Shown: piece by piece, positions 1 through 56,249 of the stretch
How the letters are laid out: each line of letters begins with the position of its first letter
Position numbering within the stretch: position 1 is the stretch's first letter
Origin: Glaucostegus cemiculus
Taxonomy: Eukaryota
Direction: 5' to 3'
Assembly (NCBI GenBank): GCA_976551045.1
Contig: CDPCPM010000063.1
Coordinates: forward strand, 11,904,001-11,968,000
DNA: 64,000 nucleotides
The notes under the pieces: generated by a model
What the model was told of the DNA's origin: nothing
What the model saw: only the letters and a program-made list of their open reading frames with translations
Database searches by the model: none
Made by a program: the position numbers and the translations under genes

Positions 1-205
1 GGAGACTTTAAATTAATGCCTCATCTTGAAAAGCCAGCTGCAGAACTGTAAGGTCAACAGAAGTTCTGAATTTTGAATCTGAGACTTGTTAGCTTTTAAT
101 GTCTCCAGCACTTTTTCTTTAGTAATTAATGGCATTACTTTTTACATAGAAGCATTGTTTGCTTATGTTGTCCATTTTTAATCTTAAGGCAGCATTGTAA
201 GCTAC

Positions 206-443
206 TGTAGCAGCCTGCGCTCGCAGGACTCGAATCGCTATCAGTGGCCGCGGGCGAATGCGCAAGAGCACATTGTAGACATCGCGGGGCGGGCCTTGTG
301 GCGGGAGACCTGCGTCATATCCACCGGAAAGGCCGTCGGGTTCTTTTGCGTGCGCGCATTTTGTTCAGTTAGTAAAGTGTGCTCTGACCCAGCCACCACG
401 TCTCTGCGTTTTTCCTCCTGACCATACACCGTGGTCGACTACA
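206..443 (+). repeat. 5' LTR (238 bp)
   Basis: TG...CA ends, aligns with 4133-4357, AGTAAA at 371-376. Confidence 0.95.
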
Positions 444-445
444 TC

Positions 446-460
446 TGGTTACCCTGACGC
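446..460 (+). promoter_or_regulatory. Primer-binding site, tRNA-Trp type
   Basis: TGGTTACCCTGACG, 2 nt after the LTR; 12/14 match to TGGTGACCCCGACG, the complement of the tRNA-Trp 3' end. Confidence 0.8.
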
Positions 461-487
461 TTCCAGACGGCATCTGGAACCCTCAAC

Positions 488-1168
488 ATGAATACCAGCG
501 ACTCTCACAATGCTGTCTCGCTCAAGGTCCCGAGTTTCTGGGCCATGCAGCCTCAGGTTTGGTTCGAACAGGCCGAGGCCCAGTTCAGCATCATAGCCAA
601 CACCACGCGGTACTACTATGTAGTTAGCACACTCAACTAGGACACAGCTGGCCGGATCATCGATTTCCTGCACCAGCCACCAACAGAGAGGACAGGTATG
701 CCAAGATCAAGGTGCTCCTCGTACACACTTTCAGCCTCTCCCACTGCGAGAGAGGCGCATGGCTCCTGCACATGGACAGCCTGGGCGACTGCAAGCCTTC
801 CGAACTGATGAATGAAATGCTGGTGCTCATGGATGGCCATAAGCCATGTTTCTTATTCGAGCAGCTGTTCCCTGAGCAACTGCCAGAGGATATGCGCCCC
901 CTCCTCACAGGCGCAAATTTCAGTGACCCTTGCAACCAGAGCAGATGTCATATGGCGCAGTAGGCAATGGGGAGTGGTTTCTATCAGTCTAACCATGGCC
1001 ATGCAGCCCAAGGCCAAGACCCCACAACCAAAGCCACCGGTACCCACAGAGGACAAGGACAAGGGCTCAGAGCAGTGGTGTTTTTACCACCAGAGGTGGG
1101 GAACAAATACGCACCGCTGCCTCCCACCGTGTGCTTTCCTGGGAAACGCCAGGGCCGACCGTCACTAG
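488..1168 (+). pseudogene. gag (disrupted) with CHCC zinc knuckle
   Basis: MNTSDSHNAVSLKVPSFW..PQVWFEQAEAQF..; C-x2-H-x9-C-x3-C (CFYHQRWGTNTHRCLPPC); internal stops and frameshifts. Confidence 0.85.
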
Positions 1169-4058
1169 TGGCTTCAGCGGCCGGCCATCGAGACAGCCTA
1201 CTCTTTCTGTGGGACCGGGCAACATTTCCTAGTGGACACCAGTGCCGAAATCAGCATCCTTCCTCCCTCAAACAGGGACACTCACAACGCCACCCCAGGC
1301 CCCGACCTCACCGCTGCAAATGGCACCACCATCCAAACATACGGCTCGCATACCATCCCACTACGTTTTGGGACCAGTTGTTGCACCTGGACCTTCACAG
1401 TAGCAGCGGTATCGCAGCCATTGCTGGGAGCAGACTTCCTACATGCCAACCACCTGCTGGTTGACCTGAAGGGCCAGCGTTTGGTCCACGCCAAGACTTT
1501 GCTAAGTTTCCAGCTCGGGAAAGCCCGGTTCCCAGCCCTCCACCTAGACTCTGTCACGGTCTCAGGCGGCGAGTTCGCCAAAGTACCGGCAGATTTCCCC
1601 TCCATCACCCCACAATTCTCCACAGTCGGCCCCAAGCACGGCGTGCAGCACCACATCACTGCACAGGGACCACTGCTGCACGCCCGACAAGCTCCGCCTC
1701 ACCAAGGAGGAGTTTCGGAAGATGGAGGAACTGAGGATCATCCGCCGCTCAGACAGCCCTTAGGCATCTCTGCTACACATGGTGCCCAAGGCATCGGGTG
1801 GCTGGAGGCCCTGCGGGGACTACAGGAAGCTCAATGACACCACGACTGCCAACTGGTACCTCATGCCCCACATCCAGGACTTCATGGCGAACCTCCATGG
1901 GGTGACCATTTTCTCAAAGATCGACCTGGTCAGGGGATACCACCAGATCCCCGTGCCCCCCGACGATGTGCCCAAGACAATCCTCATCACCCCTTTCGGG
2001 TTGTTCGAGTTCTTTCAGGTGCCCTTTGGCCTTAAGAATGCCACCCAAACCTTCCAAAGGCTCATGGACTTGGTGGGAAGAGGCCTGGACTTCACTTTCA
2101 TATACCTGGACGACATCCTGGTAGCCAGCAAGTCACGCAAGGAGCACGTGGCTCATATGCACCAACTCCGCCAATGCTTGAGCACCCTTGGGCTGGCAAC
2201 CAATCTGGCAAAGTGCCAATTTGGGCTGAAAGAGAACAACTTCTTGGGCCACAAGGTAAACCAGCATGGCGCTGCCCCACTACCGGACAAGGTTCAGGCC
2301 ATCCTCCAGTTCCTCAAACCCAACACGGTCAAGGGCCTACAGGAGTTCGTAGGGATGGTAAATTTCTATCACTGGTTCGTGCCAGCAGCGGCACACATCA
2401 TGCAATCCCTGTTTGGTCTGATGACTGGCAAAGCCAAGGAGATGGCATGGAACATGGAGTCCTCGGAGGCGGTCGAGCGGGCCAAAGAGGTGCCAGCCAA
2501 GGCAGCCCTCCTGGTATACCGAGAGTCAACGTACCCATAGTGCTCACAGTCGGCTGAGTGCTGGATCAGCTCGTTGAGGGTCAGTGGAGACCGCTCGCCT
2601 TTTTCAGTTGGCAGCTGCGACCACCAGAGGTTAAGTACAGCACTTTCGACGGGGAGTTGCTGGCACTCTACCTGGGTATCTGCCACTTCCATTCCTTCCT
2701 TGAAGGAAGGGACTTTACCGTGTACACGGACCACAAGCCCCTCACCTTCGCCCTGGCAAAGGCATCAGACCCATGGTCGGTTTGGCAGCACAGACACCTC
2801 TCTTTCATCTCAGAGTTCACCACGGATGGCTGACACACTGTCCCACCCCTGCATCCACTCGATGACCACCCCAGCCGCAGGAATTGACTACACGGCACTG
2901 GCACAGGCGCAACAGGCTGACGAGATCCCAGCCTACTGCACTGCAGTCTCGGGACTCCAGCTGGTGGTCGGCCCTACAACAGTTCGGCTCCTGTGCGACC
3001 CGTCTACCATCAGACCGCGCCTGGTGGTGCCAGCAGCATGGAGGCAACAAGTTTTCGACATGCTGCACAGCCTGGCCCACCCGTCCATCTAGGCGTCCAT
3101 CAAGCTAGTAGCGGACAAATTCCTTTGGCACGGTTAGCGCAAGCAGGTCGGACACTGGGCCAGGACCTGCGTACACTGCCAGACTGCCAAAGTCCAGCAG
3201 CACATGAAAGCCCCCCTCCAGCAATTCCAACCGACACTCTGGAGGTTTCAGCACATACACGTGGACATCGTTGGATCCCTGCCTGTTTTCCAGGGCACCA
3301 GGTATATCTTCACCATGGTTGACAGGTTCACCAGATGGCCGGAGGCCGTGCCACTGGCAGATATGTCCACTGCATCCTGTGCCAGGGCACTCATCGCACA
3401 CTAGGTCACCAGGTTCAGGCTCCTAGCAGACATTACCTGCGACCAAGGGGCACAGTTCACGTCCGGCTTGTGGACAGTGCTGGCGCAACTCCTGGGCACC
3501 CTACTGCATCACACCACAGCGTACCACCCACAGGCCAACGGCTTGGTTGAGCGTTTCCACGGGCATCTCAAGTCAGCCCTAATGGCGCGCCTCCAAGGAC
3601 CCAACTGGACACATGAGCTTTCCTGGGTCTTACTAGGCATCCACACGGCCTCCAAAAAAGACCTGGGCCCCTCCTCAGCAGAGCTAGTTTATGGCATTCC
3701 CCTGATGGTACCGGGCAAATTCGTGCCAGGGGTTCAGGACCCAGCAGGGACTCCAGCGGAGGTGCTGACGAGGCTGCGGACAAGGTAGGGACCTTGGCAC
3801 TGGTCCCGGCCTCCAGGCACGGCACGACACCATCCTTTGACCCCAAGGACCTCCAAGACTGAGTACGTTTTCATCCGCAGGGGAACACACAGGTCACCTC
3901 TGCAGAGGCCGTACGAAGGACCCTTCAGGGTGATCTGGCGCAACGGGTCTACGTGTGTCGTGGAGCTGGGGGGCCGCGAGGAGACTTTCACTGTGGACCG
4001 TCTTAAACCAGCGCACCTGGACATTGAGCAACCAGTAAGGGTGCCCTCACCGCGCTGA
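1141..4058 (+). pseudogene. pol (disrupted): protease, RT, RNase H, integrase
   Basis: FLVDTSAEIS (protease), WRPCGDYRKLN, PFGLKNA, YLDDILV (RT), YTDHKPL (RNase H), H..H..C..C, HVDIVG/DQGAQFTS/NGLVERFH (integrase), PYEGPF (GPY/F). Confidence 0.92.
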
Positions 4059-4120
4059 TGGGGCAGGCCACCCAAGAAGGACACACGGACTGGGAGCCCA
4101 CACCACCCATGGGCGTTTCT

Positions 4121-4132
4121 GGGTGGGGGGGG
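4121..4132 (+). other. Polypurine tract
   Basis: GGGTGGGGGGGG directly before the 3' LTR. Confidence 0.8.
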
Positions 4133-4357
4133 TGTAGTGGTCCGCGCTTGCAGGACTCTAACTGCCATCGGCGGCTGCAGGAGTGTGTCATAAACATCGC
4201 AGGGTGGGCCTTCCGGCAGGAGACCTGGATCACGTCTGCCGGAGAGGCCGTCGGGTACTTTTGCGGGCGCATTTTGTTTCGGTTAGTAAAGTGTGCTCTG
4301 ACCCAGCCGCCACGTCTCTGCGTTTTTTCTCCTGACCACATACTGCGGTCGACTACA
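4133..4357 (+). repeat. 3' LTR (225 bp)
   Basis: TGTAG...CTACA, homologous to the 5' LTR with a short deletion. Confidence 0.95.
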
Positions 4358-7297
4358 CTACTTTGAATCTTAACTTTGGCCATGACTGTTTCAAAATCCA
4401 ATTTTTATTTAATCTGAACTAAAAACAGAAAATGCAAGAAATGCTCAACAGGTCGCACAGCATCTGCAGGGAGAAGCAGAGTTAATGTTTCAGCTCAAAG
4501 ACCTTTCATATTGCTGCAGTTACTGAGCTTGGCAAGCTCAGCACAGCTATATTAAACTAGAATCACATACTAGAAAGAGATTTTGTAGCACGTTGGATAT
4601 GTGCCGGTATAATTAAAAAGCTGTCCAGTTTATCCTGTCCTTTTTGCATATTTCCCATTATCCTATAAGTTCTTCCTTTTTAAGTAGAGACCTAACTTCT
4701 GTTTCAGATGTTGTGAAATTCTGTGGCATGGACCAGTTGCAAAAGGTCTGTCCAGCCCTATCCCTCCATTCCAGCACTAGATCTGTGGCCCTGCAGGTCA
4801 TGGTTCTTGAGGTATATGTCTGAATCTGTTATAAATTTGGTGAGTTTCTGCCTCTACCAACCTTTCAAACAGAAGTTTCAGGCTCCCACCACACTCTTGG
4901 TGCAATTTTTTTTCTTATTCCGTCTCTAATTCTTCATATTACTTCATAATTCTTCATATGACCCTTTTTTTCTGCCTAATCAACTAGACCATCTATATCT
5001 TCCTGCAATCTAAAGCTTTTCTCCTCACTGTCAACCACTGGCCATTTATCTTGGCAAACCACTTTTTAATTGAGATCTATTCATTTAGATTGAAATCGTC
5101 AATGTATATTATGAAATGCAAGTGAGCTCTCTTTGCAACTCAAGTGATGGCAGCCTTCCAGTCACAAATTCCCATCCAGTGATTCCTGCCGCTGAGCTAG
5201 TTTTGGATCCAATTTGCTATTTTCCCTAGGATCTCATGGGCTTTTAAGCCCCAGTACTCTTGGACTGAATATGTAATCTTTGCTCAGTGTGGATGTTTTA
5301 TCACGGAGTCTTCTGATGTGCTTGGTGTAAATTTGTAAGGATTCTATAAATCTGCATGAAAAGTAAAATTTCTCTACATCAGGGTGTTGCCCTTGGGAAT
5401 AAAAAGATGTAATTCATGGATTTTTCTGTCAGAAAACCCTTATGGCAGTGAGGTGGGATGTGCTGCAAAGGAAAGCTATTTACATCTCATGGTCTGAAAT
5501 GTCTGGCAAAGTTCCAGGAAGTATTCTTCACTGAGTATTGTTTATTCCAGTTCATTTATCCATTTTCCCTGTGCTGATGCTTGCAAAGCCTAGATCACAT
5601 TGACCATTTGTAAGGAAAAGGTACACCTCTTAGCAAATTCAGCTCTAGGTCTAAGAACTTGATGTGCAATCAAGAGACCTGTTCCCAAGGAATATTTGAC
5701 TTTAAAAATAGTTCCCTTTCAGTGGAAGTATTGTGTTTAAAAGCTTAAACTGCTAGAGCAAGGTTTTATACTTGAAACAATTTAGCCTTGCAAAAGTTAT
5801 CTTGGCTCCAATCAGCAAAGAAAGGATCCAATTTTTAAGAATCAGTGAATTAAACATGACTCATTTAACCAAGGGAAAAGTTAAAGCTACAGTAACTGCT
5901 TTCTCAGGCTGTAGTGGAGGCTTGCATGGTATGGTAGAGCTTATTGCTGTTGCTATTTTAACAGTGCAAATGGTCTGTTTTGAGTGCTCAGTCATTATAG
6001 TTTAAACTATCCCGTTGAGAGTACTGGGGTTTCACGATCTCTAGGACAGTTCAACGGGGGTTTCATGATCACCAGTATTCAATTGGAGCCAGGAGATGGT
6101 CAGACTTTTCAAATTACCTAGCTTCATTTTTCTGATTTAATATTAGACAATGCAGTCAGATCCTACAAGCTCCACAGTATGCAGAACTACACCATTAGTG
6201 CATAATGCTCAGTTAATCTGTTTACAGCTGTGTTAAATGAGGCATTAGAATTAGTCAAGACACTTGGGATAGTGGCAGGAGATCTTTTATGTCCAACAGA
6301 GAGCTAATGGTGTTTTATCTGTCAATGCAGCATTTCTTCAGTACCGTGCTGCATCAATGACCTTGATTTTTAAACATGTCTAAACCCACAAATCTCTGAC
6401 TGTGAGGCAAGTGTTGCTTATGAAATCATAGCTGATACTCAGTGTCGTGGAATATATTAAAATACCTCAGTTGCATTGAATTAATATTCATAATTTTTAA
6501 ACTCTTTCATTTTTGGGATCTGCATGTTCCTGGCTGGGCCAACATTTATTGCTCATTCCTAATTGCACTTAAAGTGGTAACAAGAAATAAACAGTGGTTT
6601 TAAAAGCTTCTTCAAATAAATCATGGTTTTGGAAGGTATTGTTGGAGTAGCCCTTGCAAGTATCTGCAAGTCTGATATGCCGAAAGGATGTTTAGAAGTT
6701 TTTTTAGTTTAATTCTGAGCAATTAATGTGTTCATCTGGTACTATCCAACCTATTTTGGGAAACATCCATCATTCTTTTTCAAGTCCATTCAATGTACTT
6801 TTAAGATTAACCATAAAACTAGTTTTAACAATAGTAGACAGTGAGATTAAAAAGTCTAGGTTTTTAATACAAAATATTTTGGGTGTGAATTTTTGTTTTC
6901 CGATGTCAGTGATTGCTCATTGCAGTTGTATGTAATTTGTAGGTATTTGATGTGGCTTACTGCTATTTTTTCTGCACTTTCTCTATTCAAGGAACTAAAT
7001 TCTAACTTTTGGAAATGCCATTGCCATTAGTGCTATGCTGTGGAATTTGTACATCCCTTGTAAATGTGTGGCATTCAGCCGAATAATGAGAATGTAGTAA
7101 ACTGAGGAAAAGTTTGGAATCTTCACAAAACCTAAAGTTTTAGCAAGCTATATAATATTAAACAAATATTACTGCCCAAAAAAATAGTTTCTCCAAAGTG
7201 CAGAAAAAGGAATTAAAAACATCTTATTTTTAATCATTGAAGTATTTTTGTAAAGTGATTGTTGTTGTTGAATATGTGCTGTTCTGTTTATTGAAAG

Positions 7298-51407
<44,110 letters not shown>

Positions 51408-52285
51408 AGTATAATAAAATGTGTGTACTGTGTGTAATAATAATAACTAGGTCCAAGTTTTGTAGATTAATTTTTCATTTGTCTATAAAATTTATGGAAG
51501 TTAATGCTGTCACACACCTGGAGGTTCTGTGGTGGTGAACATTCCTGTATTTGGCTTATAGCTGAAAGTCCAAACCACAGGCTGTAGTGGCTTTGACTGT
51601 AACCTTCTAGGCTTTTGGCTATTCAGTAACCTGTTAGCCTAACCCAGCCAAAGATGACAGCAGATCATGTATTGTTACACTGTGATTTATGGTCATTAGG
51701 CCTAGGAGAACTGAAAATGTTTTTGAAATTTCACTGCTGCCTTTGTCGAAAGTTTGATCAAAGGTTCTTGTATAGGGGGAAGTAGGGGAATTCCAAATAA
51801 AACAAGAGAATGCTTTACATTTTGTGTGTGACTATTAAACCTGATGGGAAAAGCCCTTTTGTTTGCCTCATCCATTCATCATTGGATAAATTTTAAATTA
51901 AGTATTATGATTTGTTCATTTTAATATTGCCATAAGAGGTGGAATATATTCTTTGTCCTTCTGCCAAGACATGGTTAAACTGATTTAAACTGGTACGCAC
52001 TCATTTAATTTATAAGGATGTTTAGTTTTGCTATTGACAGTACCGTTCAGTCACAAAATGTAAAACTGAGCCTTGCTTTTGTGCAGGTTGTACAGTATGC
52101 TTCTATTTATCCAAGCTACTTAAAAAAAAAATCATTGGTTTGGGTAAAATCACTAAGTTTAACAAATGGTTTGTTGAGGTTCCAGATATCAAATTGTGTA
52201 CTGTACCAAAGATTTGGCAAACCAGTGCACATGTAGAAAAGTGCATTTTTATATAAAAATAAAGGAAATTTGCATTCACTGTTCT
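51408..52285 (+). other. UBR5: UBR5 3' UTR with candidate poly(A) signals
   Basis: AATAAA at 51413, 51796 and 52258; repeat-free AT-rich sequence after the stop; true end unknown. Confidence 0.65.
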
Positions 52286-52989
52286 TGCTGCAGTTCACAC
52301 ACTCCTGTCGCCTCCTTCACATGCACGTTTAGAATCATAACTTAATCCCCTACTTTAGTGATAGCTTATACTTAGTGTTGACCTGTAATGCTTTTCCTGT
52401 TGTGTGCAACAGACAATACTGAAGGGATGAGAATTTTTGTAATTTATGTATGAACCCATTACTTAAATTGTAAATACTCAGTTATTATGTAATAGAAAAG
52501 AAAAGCACCATCTTGATTCATTTTGTACAGCATTGCACTATGTTGGCCTTGAGCTTGTGAACTGTCAAACGTTTCTTTTGAATTTCCAGTTGTATGGAAT
52601 AATCTCTTTAGAAGGTTGATCAAAATATGCAACTAGTAGCATATTTATGGAAACTTCTGATTACTTTTTTTGAAACAACTTGGTGAACCATATTTAACTT
52701 GTTACCTCAAGAACATGTTGAAAATGACTGATTCTGGTGACTCTGAGAAATCTGTGACAATCACATTGGCTGTGAATGAAAAGCATTTTAAATGCTGAGC
52801 TCTTAAATGCATTCAAAACAGTGCCAAGTTTCTCTATGTATGTATCTGAAAGCATTGATTGAAATTTTATTGCCAAAGTTTTGTGACTAAGACATTTTAA
52901 CTCTTGAGATTCCATTAGTCTGTCTGAAGAACTGGTGCTCTCTATTTGCACCTTATTTTCAATTTTCTGGAGAGAACATAGTTAATAGA

Positions 52990-53650
52990 TGAAAAGTATC
53001 TCAATGAGAAGTCAACATGGTTTTCAAAAGAAGTTTTACTCGTGTAACCTTGTTGAATCCTTAGTGGTAGCAAACACCATTAGCATCATAATTTTGTTTA
53101 GATTTTCCAATGGCATTCAATGAGAAACCCCAAAATAGGTTAAGAATGGCAGTAGTGGAATGAATTGTTGGTTGGCTTCAGGGTACAGAAGGTGTAGCTA
53201 TTTGCAATGGAAGAACAGGAGTATGCTTTTCTGAAAAGGTCAGTGCTTCGACTGCTGTTCAAAATTTACATTAATGATCGAGATGATGGAAACAATTCTG
53301 TAATTTGAGGATGTTAGCATATTGTGTGTGTGTGTGTATTTTGAGGGGAGGGGTGGGTGATTGATTTTGAAGATGTGAAGTCAATCCTAAAGAGAATAAA
53401 GCAAATTACAGGAGGACATGAATAGGCTGGCAGGGTGGGCAAATAATCTAAAATTGCCTTAAAATTATAAAGGGTTTTGATGGAGTGGCTGCGGAGAACA
53501 TTCCAACATTCCTTCACTTATGGGAGGGCATAAGCAGAGGCCACTAATGTAAGAGAAATCCTTAGGAAATACAGAAGAAATATTTCATCCAAAGAATTGT
53601 GAGAATATGGAATCTGCTACTACAAGGAGTAGTAGAATAGAGGAGAACAG
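52990..53650 (+). mobile_element. Heavily decayed CR1-like LINE
   Basis: 'agtcaacatggtttt' (SQHGF), 'tacattaatgat' (YIND), 'atggaatctgctac' (WNLL) remnants. Confidence 0.55.
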
Positions 53651-53669
53651 GCTGAACAAGCTTCAATCA

Positions 53670-54320
53670 GATGAAATAGATATAGTACAGGGCGAGGTCT
53701 TCTGGCCCAGTGAATCTGCACCAGGAATCAACCACCTATTTACACTAATCCTACATTAATCTTTTTTTTCCCCCACCACATTCTAATCAACTTCCCTGCC
53801 CAAGATTCTATCAATGTAGGGATGATGTACAGTGGTCAATTAACCTGCACACCTGGGATGTAGGAGGAAACTAGAGCACCCAGAGGACACCCAGGTGGTC
53901 AGAATACATTCTCCCTTAGTTTTAAGTCAAGCTATACTAAGAAACACGTAACCAAACTACTGACCTTGATGTGTATTTGAAGATGGCTATTGCAATTCTG
54001 CACTGATGGATCCTTGTAGGTTAGCATGACCTCTTTCAGCTGGTGTGATATCAACTTGATATTTGTCTCATCACTCCCCCTCTTTTTATATTTGCTATCT
54101 TCCCTCTCCATTCTGAGTCCTGATGCATTCTTTTGCCACATACCTATGCTAAGGGGTAATTTACAGTAACCAATTTACCTACCAGCATGTCTTAGGGATA
54201 TGGGAGGAAGCCTGAGTACCTGGTGGAAACAGACTGTCACAGGAAGAACACAGAGACCACCCAAGGTCAGAATGGAGCAGGAGGCAGCAGTGCAAACTGC
54301 TACTCCGCAGTACTGCCCAA
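53670..54320 (-). mobile_element. Two decayed V-SINE-like remnants (about 53670-53900 and 54150-54320)
   Basis: Reverse V-domain 'gggaggaaac..gagcacc' in both. Confidence 0.55.
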
Positions 54321-56249
54321 CACAGATTTCCTAGTTGTCCTATACACAGCATATCTGTCTGCAGCATGAGTAAGCTTCTCTTTTCCCACCAGTCACTTGG
54401 ATCATGCCTGATCTAAGTACTCAGTTTGACAGCCTTGGTTCTGTAAACCTCGATATACTAAAAAAAATTCAAGTCAGCTTGTGGTCTGGCCTGAACAGAT
54501 TTTGGAGTGAATGGGTGGCTTCCACTAAATGATAAGTAATGCTACCTAATGTTAATGCTCAACAGCTCTAAATATTTCACCTATTTCTGGACTCCCCAAT
54601 GAGAATTTTTATCTCAGTCTGCCCTATCAAATCATGGTATAATCTGAACCATCTTTAATATTTTAAACTCAACATAATACATAGATTTTCTTGCAAAAAT
54701 GCCAGGATTGTGCATTGTGAGCATATGAATTTCTTTCAAGTTTCCCAATAGTATTATATGAAATGATACAGTATCTAAGTACAGAACCCTGTAGGGCAAA
54801 GCATTGCAAAGGTGAATAACACTTCACTGTTTTTAACAGGGAAGTTAGGTTCACTCACCAGATTGCTTGATCTGCATTTTTGTTGCTGTTTAAGATTAGA
54901 TTCTCTATCACTTTATCATAAAATCTTTTTTTTTGCAACCGTCTTGCTTGCAGTTGTCACTTTATTTGCAACAGCATAAAGGGCAAGATGACATTTTTGA
55001 GAAGAACAAGAATTGCACTTCAGGCAGTGTCTGTAGAAAGAGAAACTGAGTTAACATTTCAGGTTGAAGACTTCAGCAGAACTTCAACCTGCATTGTTAA
55101 TTCTGTTTCTCTTTCCACCTGACCTGAGTGTTTCTGGAAATTTTTTGTTTTTAATTCAGATTTCCAGTATCTAGTTATTTTTCATTTACAGTTCTAAGAT
55201 CAATTAAGAAAAAGTAAATGACAGGTGCACCTATACTTTGGGCAACGGACATCTTTACTACAGGACTGGCACTTGTATAAACAGTTCTGGATGTTTGCAT
55301 TCCAGTACACACTCCCCAAGAGGACAGTGGTTCCCCTCCCCAGGCAGAAGGCAACAGTCGGCCATCTGTATCAAGTGTACTGACTGTACATTAACTTATA
55401 CTATAGCTCTTACTGGGTGGGAGGTACCAAGCTTCCAATGAACAGCCCCTGGACAATGATATATGTTCACCTAGTGTACTACAAGGCAGCTCTGGGGAAG
55501 GTCTGCATGGCTGTAAATGCAATGGTGGATTTGTGAGGCCATGGGTATTTATTGTGGTGAGAGTGCAAGAGATGGTTAGGTCTAAGGAGATGGTCAGGCT
55601 AGGGTGTTGGGCGCATGGTTGAGCTGATGAAGATAATACCTGACACTTAAATATAAATGTAATATATATGCCTACAGAGGTACATGAGCAACTGGGAGGT
55701 CTAGAAAGGGATGTGACATAAAGTAGCATTTTGGAATCCCTTTTTCATACCAAGCTACAATCAGAGGTACATCTGTCTATAAGCTCAAAGTGCAAAAGGA
55801 ATCATCTTCCTCACTTCCACTACGGAAAAGAAACAACATATCCTCTGAGTTAAAGGACAAATCATTGTAAGGACTGCTGGATCAGATGTGCATTTTACCA
55901 GCTACCAATGGGCAGGCAGGTGCTAAATCATCTTATCCCATGCTCTGTGACTGCCTAATGCTTCATGTTGATTTTTTTCCTCTCCATTTCTTTCACCTCC
56001 CACAGCTCTTGAATATTTCAAATCTGCATACAAAGGTCTAGGACAGTATTTGCACCTGCACACAGCCATTTAGTGCACTAGCTGCCTGCATATGGAAGAC
56101 CATGCTGGAAGCATATATTAATTATTCAAATGACATCAGGCCTTAGAATTGTGTGTAACAGGCCCAGTGGGCTGTGGATTGATACAGCAGTTCCAGAAAC
56201 AAGTTCAGCCAAAATCTGCACCAAGGTCAATATATCAAACAAATTTCAA

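Larger units (their letters stand above)
206..4357 (+). mobile_element. Full-length decayed Ty3/Gypsy LTR retrotransposon, CsRn1-like clade, sense orientation in a UBR5 intron
   Basis: Two TGTAG...CTACA LTRs, CTAC TSD (202-205 and 4358-4361), PBS, G-rich PPT, domain order gag-PR-RT-RH-IN with stops and frameshifts. Confidence 0.96.

Noticed and set aside
241-4401. Many overlapping ORFs on both strands in the LTR element, including possible env or antisense genes
   Set aside because: Explained by GC-rich, frameshifted gag/pol; there is no room for env between integrase and the PPT
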